A stretch of 64,000 bases of DNA from an uncultured Acidobacteriota bacterium (GTDB lineage Bacteria; Acidobacteriota; UBA6911), in contig CAWHCF010000029.1 in NCBI GenBank assembly GCA_963827655.1, forward strand, positions 64,001 to 128,000. The letters are read 5' to 3'. Below are positions 1-10,500 of the stretch, piece by piece. The first letter of the stretch is position 1, and every line of letters begins with the position of its first letter. Both the position numbers and the translations under genes were made by a program. A model generated the notes under the pieces. It worked only from the letters and a program-made list of their open reading frames with translations, was not told the origin of the DNA and ran no database searches.

Positions 1-79
1 CCGGGAAATCGAATTCGACGCTTCCGGTAACCTGGTAACCATGCTGGCTCAGCTCGGAGAGATGGCTCACGTGAGCTAG
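1..79 (+). CDS. 3' end of an unidentified CDS entering from the left edge
   Basis: Open frame from position 2 (REIEFDASGNLVTMLAQLGEMAHVS*) stops at TAG 77-79, convergent with the stop of 83..1519. Confidence 0.4.
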   Translation, partial: REIEFDASGNLVTMLAQLGEMAHVS

Positions 80-82
80 CCT

Positions 83-1519
83 TTAAAGTCGGCGCCGCAA
101 GGCTGCACCGGCGCGTTTGAGGAGTTGCCGGCTTCGGTACCACATGCCGTCAAGCCCCGGCTTCTCGCGGAGCTCTCTATCAAGTTGGAGTGCCCACTCG
201 GTGCGTTCTTCAAGCTCCCGGTTCCGTTGCGCAACCACCGCCCTCGTGTCTTCCACTTCTTTGTTAAGTTGCAGAGCCCACCGCGTGCGTTCATCAAATT
301 CCTGCCCCAGCCGAACAACCTCCGCCCTCAAGGCTTGAATCTCCTGATCCTGACGCCGCGCGCATGCTTCCATGTCCGCGAGCCGGCAGCAGGCGATTTC
401 CAGTTCACGTCGGGCGCTGTGCGGCCAACTGTGCCATTCGTACGCCCCCCGACCGCGCTCGTCCTCCGTTCGCGTTGTAGCCGTCTGAGCTTCGGTCGCT
501 TTCTGATTCTCGCCGGTCTCGCCGGGCCACCTGACACAAAACGGCGGGCTGAAGGGTTCGAGGAAGCGCGTGGGCTCGTCGGCTTCCGTGCCCAGGATCG
601 CGAGCATCTGGGTTGGCTTGATCGTTCCGCCAATAAGCAGTTCCTCGTCCCGCTGATGGACCTCGTCGATGAATGCACGGTCCCATGCCGCAGCCGCATC
701 GAAGTTGTGGCCGAAACTTCGGTCAACGAACGGAGCGATGACATTTGCATAGGCGACGAATTGCTTGAAATGAAATGTTTCAATCAGCAGGGGAAGGATG
801 TCCTGTGAGCGAATCCCTTCGAATCCCTCCTGCGAACAGTCCCAGTCCTCGAACGACTCCTCGTAACGCCGAAGCTGATGGTTGTACCGGTAGGATGGAG
901 GCAGCTTCCGCCAGAACTCGTGAATGACCGGCAACGCTTCGGGCCAGCGCATGTGTCCGTTACGGCCAATCATGTCGGAGATGACGAAACAGCCGGTGCG
1001 CGTCAAGCTTTGCTTGATTCCAGCGAACAAGCCCTCAAGATTGACCACGTGATGCAACGCTTGAATTGCGATCACGCCGTCGTACTCGCGCGTAGGACTC
1101 CACTGGTTGAAATCCGCCGTAATAAAATCCAGTTGCTCGGAAACATCTTGCGAACCGGCGGCCAATCGCCCTCGAGCCAGCATGGCGTCATTGAGGTCGA
1201 GGCAGTCGATCACGAAGCGAGGTTGTCCCGCTGCCAGAAGCTTGGAGGCGATCTCGATTTCAAGGTCGCAGTTCCCCGATCCGATGCTGAGAAAACGGAC
1301 GCGCCGTCCGGTGTTGCGCTCGCATTGGCTTCGAAGAGGCTGGTAGAAAAAATCCGTCGAGCCCTCAAGTCCGACGGCCTTCAGTTTCGGCCGGACATAC
1401 TTGTGGGACCAGTAATGAAAAATATCAGGCAGATTGTGAACTCTCTCGCAAGCCCTGTAGAACCGCTGTTCTTCCTCGAGACGGGTCGAGTAATCGCATT
1501 GAGGCTCCGCAGGTTTCAA
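83..1519 (-). CDS. Class I SAM-dependent methyltransferase with C-terminal coiled coil (WbdD-like architecture)
   Basis: Motif I LSIGSGNC, DCLDLN, ALHHV; AGGAGG 8 nt before TTG; heptad tail with repeated ERT(R/E)WALQL and a basic amphipathic end. Confidence 0.8.
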   Translation of the reverse strand: MKPAEPQCDYSTRLEEEQRFYRACERVHNLPDIFHYWSHKYVRPKLKAVGLEGSTDFFYQPLRSQCERNTGRRVRFLSIGSGNCDLEIEIASKLLAAGQPRFVIDCLDLNDAMLARGRLAAGSQDVSEQLDFITADFNQWSPTREYDGVIAIQALHHVVNLEGLFAGIKQSLTRTGCFVISDMIGRNGHMRWPEALPVIHEFWRKLPPSYRYNHQLRRYEESFEDWDCSQEGFEGIRSQDILPLLIETFHFKQFVAYANVIAPFVDRSFGHNFDAAAAWDRAFIDEVHQRDEELLIGGTIKPTQMLAILGTEADEPTRFLEPFSPPFCVRWPGETGENQKATEAQTATTRTEDERGRGAYEWHSWPHSARRELEIACCRLADMEACARRQDQEIQALRAEVVRLGQEFDERTRWALQLNKEVEDTRAVVAQRNRELEERTEWALQLDRELREKPGLDGMWYRSRQLLKRAGAALRRRL

Positions 1520-1827
1520 TCTTCACGCCTCCTGACGATGAATCCGGACATTGGGCCCGGGCGGTTCCTGGCCGAGGGCTCGGTCGACATCGTACCGTGA
1601 ACTCCGGCTGCTGAACAACCGGAAAGCCTGGATACTGTTGGGCCGTGGACCCGCCGGGACCAGAGCGCCTTGGAAGCAAGCTGCGCCAATTCAAGGAAAG
1701 CCTTGGAGACGCCAAATTCCTGGTGCTTCAATCGGTGAGGCCGGATAGTAATGACGCAGTTGCGCACTGAGGATCCGCGTTTTACCATGCTATGCTCGGA
1801 GTCTTGCCCATGATAGCCAGAGAAGGG

Positions 1828-1910
1828 CTCCTGGTGTTTCTTCGTGTCTTCATGTTAGAGCTGTGTAACAAATACCACCAAGACTCAAAGACACGAAGCA
1901 ACACCAGGAG
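1828..1910. repeat. Inverted pair of the dispersed AAGACACGAAG-type repeat (~23-bp stem)
   Basis: ctcctggtgtttcttcgtgtctt (1828-1850) is complementary to aagacacgaagcaacaccaggag (1888-1910) with one mismatch. Confidence 0.85.
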
Positions 1911-1922
1911 TGATGCAGAGAG

Positions 1923-2471
1923 GTGCAAGGAAACCGATCTATGGTTAGACGCCGCGGCGCTTGTTTGCTGCTTTCGCTGATTCTAATCCAATGTTCGCCG
2001 GCCGACATAGTGCGTCCGGAGAGGTCGGACACGCGACTGCTTTTGGCAAACTTCCGGGTGGTGGGACATCCAGAGTTCCCGCCCAGATCTCTTCCCGTCA
2101 CCCGGCGAGGCAAGCGACGCGACGCGATCGTCCTCATCGCTCCGTCGACGGTGAAGCTAACGCTCGGCGGGATCTCCGGCCCTATCAGCCTTAAGGGTTG
2201 GGCCACTCCGGTTTTCAATGTCGGAGACGGAATCCAAATGGAAATGAAGCTGACGGATTCGCAGCAGCAACGAACGGTGTACAGTCGGCGCTTTGATGCG
2301 GCTCGAAACGGGGCGGACCGCGACTGGATACCGCTGGATATCGGTTTCAATCTTGACGAGAGCGGCAAGTGGGACTTGGAAATGATTGTCTCGGCAGGCC
2401 CCCAAGGAGACCTCGTCGGCGATTGGGTTGCCTTAGCCGAGTTACACTTGTCGAGGAACTCGAGCCAATGA
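1923..2471 (+). CDS. Exported hypothetical protein, possible lipoprotein
   Basis: Basic N-terminus, hydrophobic stretch and Cys; stop overlaps the next ATG (ATGA at 2468-2471). Confidence 0.65.
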   Translation: MQGNRSMVRRRGACLLLSLILIQCSPADIVRPERSDTRLLLANFRVVGHPEFPPRSLPVTRRGKRRDAIVLIAPSTVKLTLGGISGPISLKGWATPVFNVGDGIQMEMKLTDSQQQRTVYSRRFDAARNGADRDWIPLDIGFNLDESGKWDLEMIVSAGPQGDLVGDWVALAELHLSRNSSQ

Positions 2472-3607
2472 AGCCTCCGGACTTCACGGGCGAGCGTTAT
2501 ATTCCGGGCCAGGGTGGCGCTCAGCTGGCTTACGAGCACCTCCATCGATACCTGTTCGCTTTGAGATGGGCGAAGGGGAAAAAGGTGCTCGATGTTGCGA
2601 GCGGTTCCGGGTACGGCGCCGCTCTCCTTTCGCAAGCGGCGAGCCAGGTTTGGGCACTCGAACTCGACCGACCAAGCGTGCTCTACGCGCGGCACACCTG
2701 GGAGCGATCGAACCTGATCTTCGTTCAGGGAGACGCAACCTCACTGCCGTTCGAATCTGCTTCCTTCGACCTGGTCGTGGCGTTCGAAATTCTGGAGCAT
2801 GTTCAAGACAGCAGGGAATTGGTCCGGGAGATCGCGCGAGTTGTTCACCCCGGCGGCGTTGCCCTGATCTCCACCCCCGACAAGGCCAGATATTCGGACG
2901 CAAGAAATTATTCCAATCCATTTCATGTGCGCGAGCTGTACAGGGAGGAATTTATCGCGCTACTGGGGGAGTATTTTCCAGCTTTTGAGTTGATGAGCCA
3001 GCAGGTACGTGCCGGGTCGCTGATCGTAGCGGAGAATCCGGCCGCGGCTGACGAGGAAGTGATCGCAGGCCACTTTCCGGGCGAAACACGGACCGCAGTA
3101 GATCCGATGTACTTCCTGGCGCTTTGCCGTCTCGAACAGGCGCCTCATGAAGTTCCCGCGCTGTCATCTTATGTCGACCTGTCGGATTACTTGTTCGAAG
3201 AATGGCGCGACCGGGAACAAGCTTTGCTGCGAGAGATTTCCACCCTGGACAGTGAACTCGAACAGCGGGGAGTCTGGGGCACGCAGCTGGCAGACACCAT
3301 ACGAGATCGAGACCAAACTCTAGGTCGCGTCCTGACGGAGATTGGTGAGCGTGATCAGACCATTCGGGAGCTGCAGGACGAAATAAGGAGAGAAGTTTCT
3401 AAAAGGGACCAGGCCCTGACCGAACTCCGCCGGGACTTCGATGAGCGGACTCGGTGGGTCAAGGAGGTCGAGACCGAACTTCACGATCGGGACAGAAAGC
3501 TGGCGGAAACCATGCAGGAGCTGAACACGGTAGCGGCGCGTTTAGCCCTGATCCGACATTCGACCCTCTATCGGGCACTCTGCCGTTTGGGCCTCTTGCC
3601 CAAGTGA
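2468..3607 (+). CDS. Class I SAM-dependent methyltransferase with long C-terminal coiled coil
   Basis: FTGERYIP, EHLHRY, VLDVASGSGYG, FEILEH, STP, NPFHVRE motifs; coiled coil with RDQT repeats; start set at the ATGA overlap. Confidence 0.85.
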   Translation: MKPPDFTGERYIPGQGGAQLAYEHLHRYLFALRWAKGKKVLDVASGSGYGAALLSQAASQVWALELDRPSVLYARHTWERSNLIFVQGDATSLPFESASFDLVVAFEILEHVQDSRELVREIARVVHPGGVALISTPDKARYSDARNYSNPFHVRELYREEFIALLGEYFPAFELMSQQVRAGSLIVAENPAAADEEVIAGHFPGETRTAVDPMYFLALCRLEQAPHEVPALSSYVDLSDYLFEEWRDREQALLREISTLDSELEQRGVWGTQLADTIRDRDQTLGRVLTEIGERDQTIRELQDEIRREVSKRDQALTELRRDFDERTRWVKEVETELHDRDRKLAETMQELNTVAARLALIRHSTLYRALCRLGLLPK

Positions 3608-4146
3608 TCGACTCGGCCGTTCCCTGGATGGACCGGTCCCTTGCAGTCGTGGAAGCTGCTCCAAGCCCCCCTCGATTTCTTTGGCGCCGAGGCCGGTTAT
3701 GGTAGTATGGCGCCATTCCATATAACTCTCTGCCCCTCCCCCGGGTGAATGTTGAGGAGAGTCGTTGATGTAAGCACGATACTGGTCTGATTCTGCGTAG
3801 TTGATCGCCTTGTTGCAACGATTGGCTCTGCTCGCGTCGACTCCACTCAAAGAGAATATCGAAGCAACCGCAACCTAGCATAATCACGGGACCCATTGTG
3901 TAAGACCGAACTGGAAGGTTTTAGTGCGCTGTTTTGTGTCTTGGCGCCTTCGTGGTCGATTTGGTCCGGCAACACCAAGAGCCACGGCGCGAAGACAGGA
4001 AGAAACGCCAAGTAAGCGAAGTACGTCCCTGGTAGCTCTCGGCGAAAATCCGTAAGGGTGTGCGTTTCGGCTCGGTTCGACCGAGCCGAGCTAATGAAAA
4101 ACTATGCCGAATTGACGGCGCTCAATACGACCATGGAGGAAAGGTC

Positions 4147-7100
4147 ATGAAGTCGAACCTTAGGAGTTTGGTACTGGTGATAACGTTATGCGGCGTATTC
4201 CATTCTCTGGTGTTGGGACAGACGGCGACGGGCGGCATTCGCGGAGTTATCAGGGACGATTCTGATGGCCTGATCCGGGGCGCGACAATTACGGTAACCA
4301 ACAAGGGAACGGGTGTAGCGCGCCAGTCGATCTCGGATGAAACAGGAAACTACCAGGTGAGAAATCTCCTGCCGGGTGAGTACGAGATCAAGGTTGAACT
4401 TGCAGGCTTGCAATCGCAAGCACAGTCCGTAACCGTGTTGACGGGCGCGAATGCCAACGCCGATTTCAAGATGACGGTGGGATCGGCCTCGGAAGTGATT
4501 CAGGTCGAGAGCAAAACCGCCCAGGTGAACCTGACCGAATACAAGATCGACGGTGTGGTTACTCGCGAGCAGATTGAAGGCCTGCCTCTGAACGGACGCA
4601 GTTTCCTGTTGCTGGCGATGCTCGAACCCGGCGTTGACGTTAACGCCGTATCAAATCCCGGTACCAGTCCCAATAACTTCTTCCGCGTATCGATTGGAGG
4701 GGCGAACCAGGCGCTTACCAGGGTTTCTGTTGATGGAGCGACCGTAAACGATCGGATCACTGGCGGCACAGCACAGAACTTCTCACAGGAGTCGGTGCAA
4801 GAGTTTCAAATAACTACCTTCAATTTTGACCTGGCGACGAATCTTACCGGCGTAGGCTCGGTGAATGTCGTTTCGCGGACCGGCACCAATGATATTCACG
4901 GAAGCGGCTTCTTCTTTTTCCGCGACCACAATTTGTCCGCATACCCCGGACTTAAACGAGAACCTGAGAATCCCGACCCCTTCTTCGCCAGGCGCCAGGG
5001 CGGTTTCTACCTGGGTGGGCCGTTGAAGAAAGACAAACTCTTCTGGTTTACCAACTTTGAAAACAACAATCAGACCAGCGTCCAGACGATCGCTCACGGA
5101 GATCCGGTTTTCCGCTCATACGATCATATCGGGCAGGCTCCGTTCCGGGGCAAGCAGTTCAATGCGCGTGTCGACTATGTCCTGGGCATCAAGCATTTCA
5201 TGTTTGTACGCTACAGCCAGGACAACAGCCGGTTTCTGTCTCCAAATACCAACCTGGAATCTAACTGGATTTCCACACGCAATTGGGCCAATCAGGCGCT
5301 ACTAAGCCTGACCAGCGTGCTGAGTTCGAGCCTCGTGAACGACTTTCGCTTCTCCTATCAATTCTATAGCGCGCATTTATCCCCTCCCTCGCCATCGGAC
5401 TGTACTCATCCCCTGGGCTGCATCGGTCTGGGCGGTCCTCAGATGGTGGTTTCCGAAGGCGGCCCTACCCTCGGTAACCACCAGCAAGTTCCTCAGAAGC
5501 GACTGCTGCGCACCTATCAATTGACCGAGAACGTGAGCTGGCAGAAGGGCAATCACAGGATCAAGTACGGCGGTGAATGGGAGCATTTCTTTGGCACGGG
5601 CGACTGGGGGCTTCTAACCTCGGGTCAATACAATCTCTTTGGACCGTCCGCAGTCGCGATTCTGAATCCGGCTTTGTATCCAACGCTGCCCGCTTCTCTG
5701 AGAAGCACGACGGCCGGCGCGCCGACGCTGGCAGATATTACCCGGCTGCCGCTCGCAGTCCTGACTTTCGGGGTAGGAGACATCGGCCAGCCGCCCAAAT
5801 ACAACATCGATAAGGCCAGCCGAAACGACCGGTACCGTGCCTATTTTCAGGACGCGTGGCGGATTCATCCCAGATTTGTCTTCAACTACGGCGTCGCCTA
5901 CTCCTACGAGGACAACCTGGGGAACCACGACCTGGATAAACCCGAATACTTGCGCCCCGTGCTGGGTGGCGCCGCAGCCGACCTTCGGCCGACCCGCCGG
6001 GATCCTAACAACGTGAACCCCGTTATCGGATTTGCGTGGGGCGTGGACCGGTCGGGCAAGACCGTCATCCGAGGTGGTTCGGGAATTTACCATGATTCCA
6101 ATCTCTTCTTTGCCCGTCTGGGAGAGCGTTTATCCATTGGCCCGCGCGGAAACGGGCTGGCCCTGGTGAACGGGCAGGTCATCCCGAATCCGTTTCCAGG
6201 CACCGGATCCCCCGTCCTGGACTTCAGGTTCGTTCCGACATATGTGAACCAGCAGTTGGTGAGTCCCCTCTTTCCCACGATCCAGAACGGCGTTTTGCAG
6301 AGTTGGGGTGACGGAACCGACCTCTCGATCCGGGGTATCGAGGTGCTGAAACAGGTACAGGTCCTTCCGATCTTCCAGCAAGACAGCACCGTTCCCTATA
6401 CGGCTCATGTCACAGGTGGTATACAGCGGGAAATCGCCCGGGATACCGTGCTCCAGGCAGACTTTGTTATGCGCCGCGCTGTCCATTTCGGAGGGTATCA
6501 TGACCTGTTCCCGGTCGATGAGAATCGCTGGGACCGCAGGCGGGTCTTGTCCGTGAACCCTGATGGGTCTGTTAATTCGGTGCGCGATCCCTTGATTCCC
6601 GTCTGCCAGGGATCCCAAGGCCAGGATCCAAGGGCTCAGTGCTCGCAGGGTCAGATTACCGTTTACAGGTCGGCAGCCAACTACCGGTACACGGCTCTGC
6701 TGGCCAAGCTGGACAAGCGGTTCTCCAGCCGCTACCAGTTCACGGTATCGTACGCTTACTCGCGGTACACGGGGTTCAACGGGGTGATCAACAATGATAA
6801 TCTCAACGAAAGCTATGGTATTCAGGGGAGTGACCGGCCGCATCGCTTCACCTTCAGTGGAATCTGGAACATCCCTGGGTACGGGGGAGGTAATGCGATT
6901 GCCCGGGGACTTGCGAATGGATGGCAACTGTCTGCGATTCATCAGATGGTGAGCGCTCCGCCGCTCAATCCGCAGCTCAGTCTCGATATCGATGGAGACG
7001 GGATTTCCACGCTCGTGCTCCCAGGCATGGAGTTCAACGGCTTCGGGCGCAGTTCCGACGCCGATGATATCCGGCAACTGGTGGATCAGTTCAACAAAAC

Positions 7101-7419
7101 CATGCCGACCTCGGTAACGGGGATGCGTACGCCGCAGAATCAGGTGGTTCCAACAATCACGCTGCCGGCGGCATTCTCCAACGGGGATACATTTTTTTCC
7201 ACCGATGTCAGGCTGACTCGGGTATTCTCAATTAAAGAGCGAGTCAAGCTACAGTTCATGGCGGAGGCATTTAACCTGTTCAATATTGCCAATCTCAGCG
7301 GCTACGGAAATGGATTGGTTCAGACCGCCGCATTCGGGCAGCCTACGGTCCGCGGGGCTCAGATATTCGGTAGCGGAGGGCCGCGCGCCTTCCAGTTTGG
7401 CGCGCGATTGAGCTTCTGA
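4147..7419 (+). CDS. TonB-dependent receptor with N-terminal carboxypeptidase-regulatory-like domain
   Basis: GGAGG SD before ATG 4147; signal peptide; LPLNGRSF, VQEFQI, GTNDIHGSGFFFFRD, YFQDAW; C-terminal Phe (PRAFQFGARLSF). Confidence 0.9.
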   Translation: MKSNLRSLVLVITLCGVFHSLVLGQTATGGIRGVIRDDSDGLIRGATITVTNKGTGVARQSISDETGNYQVRNLLPGEYEIKVELAGLQSQAQSVTVLTGANANADFKMTVGSASEVIQVESKTAQVNLTEYKIDGVVTREQIEGLPLNGRSFLLLAMLEPGVDVNAVSNPGTSPNNFFRVSIGGANQALTRVSVDGATVNDRITGGTAQNFSQESVQEFQITTFNFDLATNLTGVGSVNVVSRTGTNDIHGSGFFFFRDHNLSAYPGLKREPENPDPFFARRQGGFYLGGPLKKDKLFWFTNFENNNQTSVQTIAHGDPVFRSYDHIGQAPFRGKQFNARVDYVLGIKHFMFVRYSQDNSRFLSPNTNLESNWISTRNWANQALLSLTSVLSSSLVNDFRFSYQFYSAHLSPPSPSDCTHPLGCIGLGGPQMVVSEGGPTLGNHQQVPQKRLLRTYQLTENVSWQKGNHRIKYGGEWEHFFGTGDWGLLTSGQYNLFGPSAVAILNPALYPTLPASLRSTTAGAPTLADITRLPLAVLTFGVGDIGQPPKYNIDKASRNDRYRAYFQDAWRIHPRFVFNYGVAYSYEDNLGNHDLDKPEYLRPVLGGAAADLRPTRRDPNNVNPVIGFAWGVDRSGKTVIRGGSGIYHDSNLFFARLGERLSIGPRGNGLALVNGQVIPNPFPGTGSPVLDFRFVPTYVNQQLVSPLFPTIQNGVLQSWGDGTDLSIRGIEVLKQVQVLPIFQQDSTVPYTAHVTGGIQREIARDTVLQADFVMRRAVHFGGYHDLFPVDENRWDRRRVLSVNPDGSVNSVRDPLIPVCQGSQGQDPRAQCSQGQITVYRSAANYRYTALLAKLDKRFSSRYQFTVSYAYSRYTGFNGVINNDNLNESYGIQGSDRPHRFTFSGIWNIPGYGGGNAIARGLANGWQLSAIHQMVSAPPLNPQLSLDIDGDGISTLVLPGMEFNGFGRSSDADDIRQLVDQFNKTMPTSVTGMRTPQNQVVPTITLPAAFSNGDTFFSTDVRLTRVFSIKERVKLQFMAEAFNLFNIANLSGYGNGLVQTAAFGQPTVRGAQIFGSGGPRAFQFGARLSF

Positions 7420-7430
7420 GCACTTTTAAT

Positions 7431-7461
7431 CCGGGCGGTTGATTCATGATCAACCGCCCGG
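7431..7461. terminator. Perfect 13-bp hairpin (mRNA-stabilising stem or terminator)
   Basis: ccgggcggttgat-tcatg-atcaaccgcccgg just after the TonB stop; no downstream U-tract. Confidence 0.6.
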
Positions 7462-7504
7462 AGGCGGCGCCTTGATTACTTGCAAGGTGCAATGAGAGGA
7501 AATC

Positions 7505-9037
7505 ATGTGGATTCGAAAATGCTACAAAGATCATTCCCGAGAGATGAGTTCTCCTGTACCCACTGAGATCGTCTCCAATGAAGAATTCGTTCCCGTTCCT
7601 CAGACCGACGAACAAAAACTGGCCGAGGCGATCATGTTTGAACACGGGACACGCCACGCCAGAAGACTTGGAGTGAACCGCCGTGAGTTCATGCGCAGCG
7701 CCGGAGGCATCTTTTGCGCGCTGGCTGCCATGAACCAGGTTTTTGGCAAAACCTGGGACGTTACCGAGGAGATGATTTACCATCCCGAGATGCTCTACGA
7801 GAAATGGCCCAAAGACCAGTTCATCTTCGACGTTCAGACTCATCATATCGACATCGAGGGGAATTGGTTCCACGCCACCGAAGCCGGACGGAGGTCTCTC
7901 ACTTTTTTCCGGATGCTGCGGCGGTCGCGGTTGAAGCAGGGGCAAGATGGAAAGATCAAGCTGGCCAATCTGGCCGACGAAACCGCTGATATTCTGGCGC
8001 AGCTCAATCAAGACTTCTACATCAAGGAGCTGTTCATGGACAGCGATACGGTGATGACCTGCATGTCCGGCGCTCCGACTCCTACGCATCAGGAAAACTT
8101 TCTGCCGCCTCAAAAGATGGTCGCTACCAGAAACGCGGTGAACAAGCTCGCGGGCAGCCAGAGAATGGTGAGTCACGGGCTGCTGATTCCCAATTGGGAA
8201 CGCCAAAAAGCGGTCGAGGACATGGAGTGGCAAGCCAAGGAACTCAAGATCGAAGCCTGGAAGATGTACACCGGTGCAGCGATGGGAGACACTCAGGGAT
8301 GGTGGCTCGATGATGAGAAGCTGGCGTATCCCTTCTTCGAGAAGGCCCGCCAGATGAAGATCAAGAATCTCTGCATCCACAAGGGTCTACCCCTGGGGTT
8401 TTTCACCGAGGAGTATTGCCATCCAAAGGATGTCGAAAAAGCCGCAAAGGATTGGCCCGACCTGAACTTCATCATCTACCATTCCGCATTGCACTTGAAT
8501 CCGTTGATGTCTCGCGACGGGCGGGAAAAGTCAGCCCAGGATCCTCTCTGGATTCCCTGGTGCTCCGACCTCTTTGCGATCAAGAAGCGCAACCCTCAAC
8601 TCAAGAACATCTATCTGGAACTCGGGAGCACGTTTGCTCAACTGCACCGTAATCCCAAAATGCTCACTCATTTCTTTGGCCAGGCGCTGCAGCTCTTCGG
8701 AGCGGATCACATCTTATGGGGGACGGATTGCTTGTGGAGCGGCAGCCCTCAACCGGTCATCACTTCTCTGCGAACATTCAAGATGGATCCCGAGATTTCA
8801 GCCAAGCACGGCTATCCTGACCTTTCCGATCAGGACAAGAATCTGATCTTCGGTCTCAACGCCGCCCGTCTCTACGGTATCGATCCCAAGGCAAAGCGCA
8901 GCGCGCTGAAGCACGATCATGTTGCGCAGCTGCGGCAAGAATATCAGGTCGACCCGCATCCAAACGGAACCTCCTATGGATGGGTCTGGGTGGATGATGA
9001 CGAAGGTCGCCGGATCATGCGAGACGTGAAAGGGTAG
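7505..9037 (+). CDS. Amidohydrolase family protein (Amidohydro_2 type)
   Basis: FIFDVQTHH, WKMYT, CIHKG, IIYHS, LWGTD; internal twin-arginine-like NRREFM segment. Confidence 0.85.
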   Translation: MWIRKCYKDHSREMSSPVPTEIVSNEEFVPVPQTDEQKLAEAIMFEHGTRHARRLGVNRREFMRSAGGIFCALAAMNQVFGKTWDVTEEMIYHPEMLYEKWPKDQFIFDVQTHHIDIEGNWFHATEAGRRSLTFFRMLRRSRLKQGQDGKIKLANLADETADILAQLNQDFYIKELFMDSDTVMTCMSGAPTPTHQENFLPPQKMVATRNAVNKLAGSQRMVSHGLLIPNWERQKAVEDMEWQAKELKIEAWKMYTGAAMGDTQGWWLDDEKLAYPFFEKARQMKIKNLCIHKGLPLGFFTEEYCHPKDVEKAAKDWPDLNFIIYHSALHLNPLMSRDGREKSAQDPLWIPWCSDLFAIKKRNPQLKNIYLELGSTFAQLHRNPKMLTHFFGQALQLFGADHILWGTDCLWSGSPQPVITSLRTFKMDPEISAKHGYPDLSDQDKNLIFGLNAARLYGIDPKAKRSALKHDHVAQLRQEYQVDPHPNGTSYGWVWVDDDEGRRIMRDVKG

Positions 9038-9066
9038 CTTTTCTTCGTGCCTTGGAGTCTTCGTGG

Positions 9067-10413
9067 TTAATTCTGTTCGCCACCGGAGGCCTGGCGCATC
9101 CAATCCTGAAGCTTCTTCATGTCACGGCGCACCGTGACCGAACCCGCAAACAAAACCAGCGCGAGCGCAATGCCCAGGAGCGGAACCATGTACATGGCCT
9201 GGTGAAGGCCAACCGCCTTGAATTGTTCGGGAATCGGGGAAGCTTCAAGGAGCGTCACACCGGCCGCAGCCGCCGCCCTGCGCGCCATGAGGTCGCTCAC
9301 CCAACCGGTGCCGATGGGTCCAAGCGAGGCTCCAAGAACGTACATTGCGAAGAAATAGAGCGCCATGGCGGTTCCTCTCAGAGCGGGTTCGACGATGTCC
9401 TGCACCGTCGAGTATACGGTGGCGTAGTAGACGTACATCATCATCGATGCTGCCGCCTGAAAGAGCATGAACTGCGTCAGGGCGCCGCTCGGCTGCATCA
9501 GAGCGAGAAAGCTCATGGGGACGCTGAGGAGCAAGGCCCAGCTGGCGACCAGCATGCGGCCGGATTCCCGCCGAAGCATCATCCAGTCACCCAGCCAGCC
9601 GCCGAGGAGCATCCCGCCCGCCCCGACGGACCCGATGACGATCCCGGAGATGAATCCTGCCGTCTGCAGGCTCACATGGTGGTAGCGGCTCAGGAACGCC
9701 GGCAGGAAGGATCCGACTGCGTACATGTTGAAGTTGTGGAGAGCTCCCGAAGCGATGATCCACCACATGGTCGGGATACCGAGGACCAGCCGGTAAGGCG
9801 ATCCAGGCCGCCGGGCAGTCCCAATGTTTTTGATCTCGGAGGACCCACGCCGGGGTTCACGAATCAGCAGAGCCAGCCCGGCCAGAGCCAATCCGGGAAC
9901 GCCCGCTACATAAAACGCGTAGCGCCAGCCGTAGTGTTGAGCGATCGTGCCGCTGACGATATAGCTCAGCGCCAGTCCGACCGGGAGCCCCAGCATGAAG
10001 ATCGATATCGCGCGGGAGCGCTCGTGGGGGCGGAAGAGGTCGCCGATCAGTGAACTCGACGCAGGCGCGCATACGGCCTCTCCGACTCCGACCCCGAGCC
10101 GCGCGCCAAACAACGGCCAGTAACCTCGGCAGAGTCCGGAAGCATATGTCAGTGCGCTCCAGAGCGAGAGGCCGATGGCCAGGAGGTATTTTCGATTCCA
10201 CAGATCCGCCAGCCGGCCCAGCGGCACTCCCACGGCGGCGTAGATCAGAGTAAACGCGGTGCCGAGGAGCCCGACCTGCGTATCGCTCAGAGCCCATTCT
10301 TTGCGAATCGGCTCCGTAACGGCGCTTGGAATCTGCCGGTCGAAGAAGTTCATGGCGTTGATTCCGAAAAGCACCCACAGGGCGAAGAGAGCCTTACGGC
10401 GTTCCTGGTTCAC
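9067..10413 (-). CDS. MFS transporter (spinster-like)
   Basis: Multiple hydrophobic segments; NFFDRQ, GRLADLWNRK motif A, ARLGVGVGEA. Confidence 0.9.
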   Translation of the reverse strand: MNQERRKALFALWVLFGINAMNFFDRQIPSAVTEPIRKEWALSDTQVGLLGTAFTLIYAAVGVPLGRLADLWNRKYLLAIGLSLWSALTYASGLCRGYWPLFGARLGVGVGEAVCAPASSSLIGDLFRPHERSRAISIFMLGLPVGLALSYIVSGTIAQHYGWRYAFYVAGVPGLALAGLALLIREPRRGSSEIKNIGTARRPGSPYRLVLGIPTMWWIIASGALHNFNMYAVGSFLPAFLSRYHHVSLQTAGFISGIVIGSVGAGGMLLGGWLGDWMMLRRESGRMLVASWALLLSVPMSFLALMQPSGALTQFMLFQAAASMMMYVYYATVYSTVQDIVEPALRGTAMALYFFAMYVLGASLGPIGTGWVSDLMARRAAAAAGVTLLEASPIPEQFKAVGLHQAMYMVPLLGIALALVLFAGSVTVRRDMKKLQDWMRQASGGEQN

Positions 10414-10433
10414 GCGAACCTCTGGTCGAAGAT

Positions 10434-10500
10434 GTGGTGTTTCTTCGTGCCTTTGTGTCCTGGTGGTATGTTGCGCCTAACCACGAAGACACAAAGGCGC
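10434..10500. repeat. Inverted pair of the dispersed AAGACACGAAG-type repeat
   Basis: gtgtttcttcgtgcctttgtgtcctggtggt followed by aaccacgaagacacaaaggc. Confidence 0.75.

Noticed and set aside
1516-1788. 90-aa ORF abutting the methyltransferase start
   Set aside because: No motif, atypical composition, and the methyltransferase has its own strong SD; not supportable as a gene
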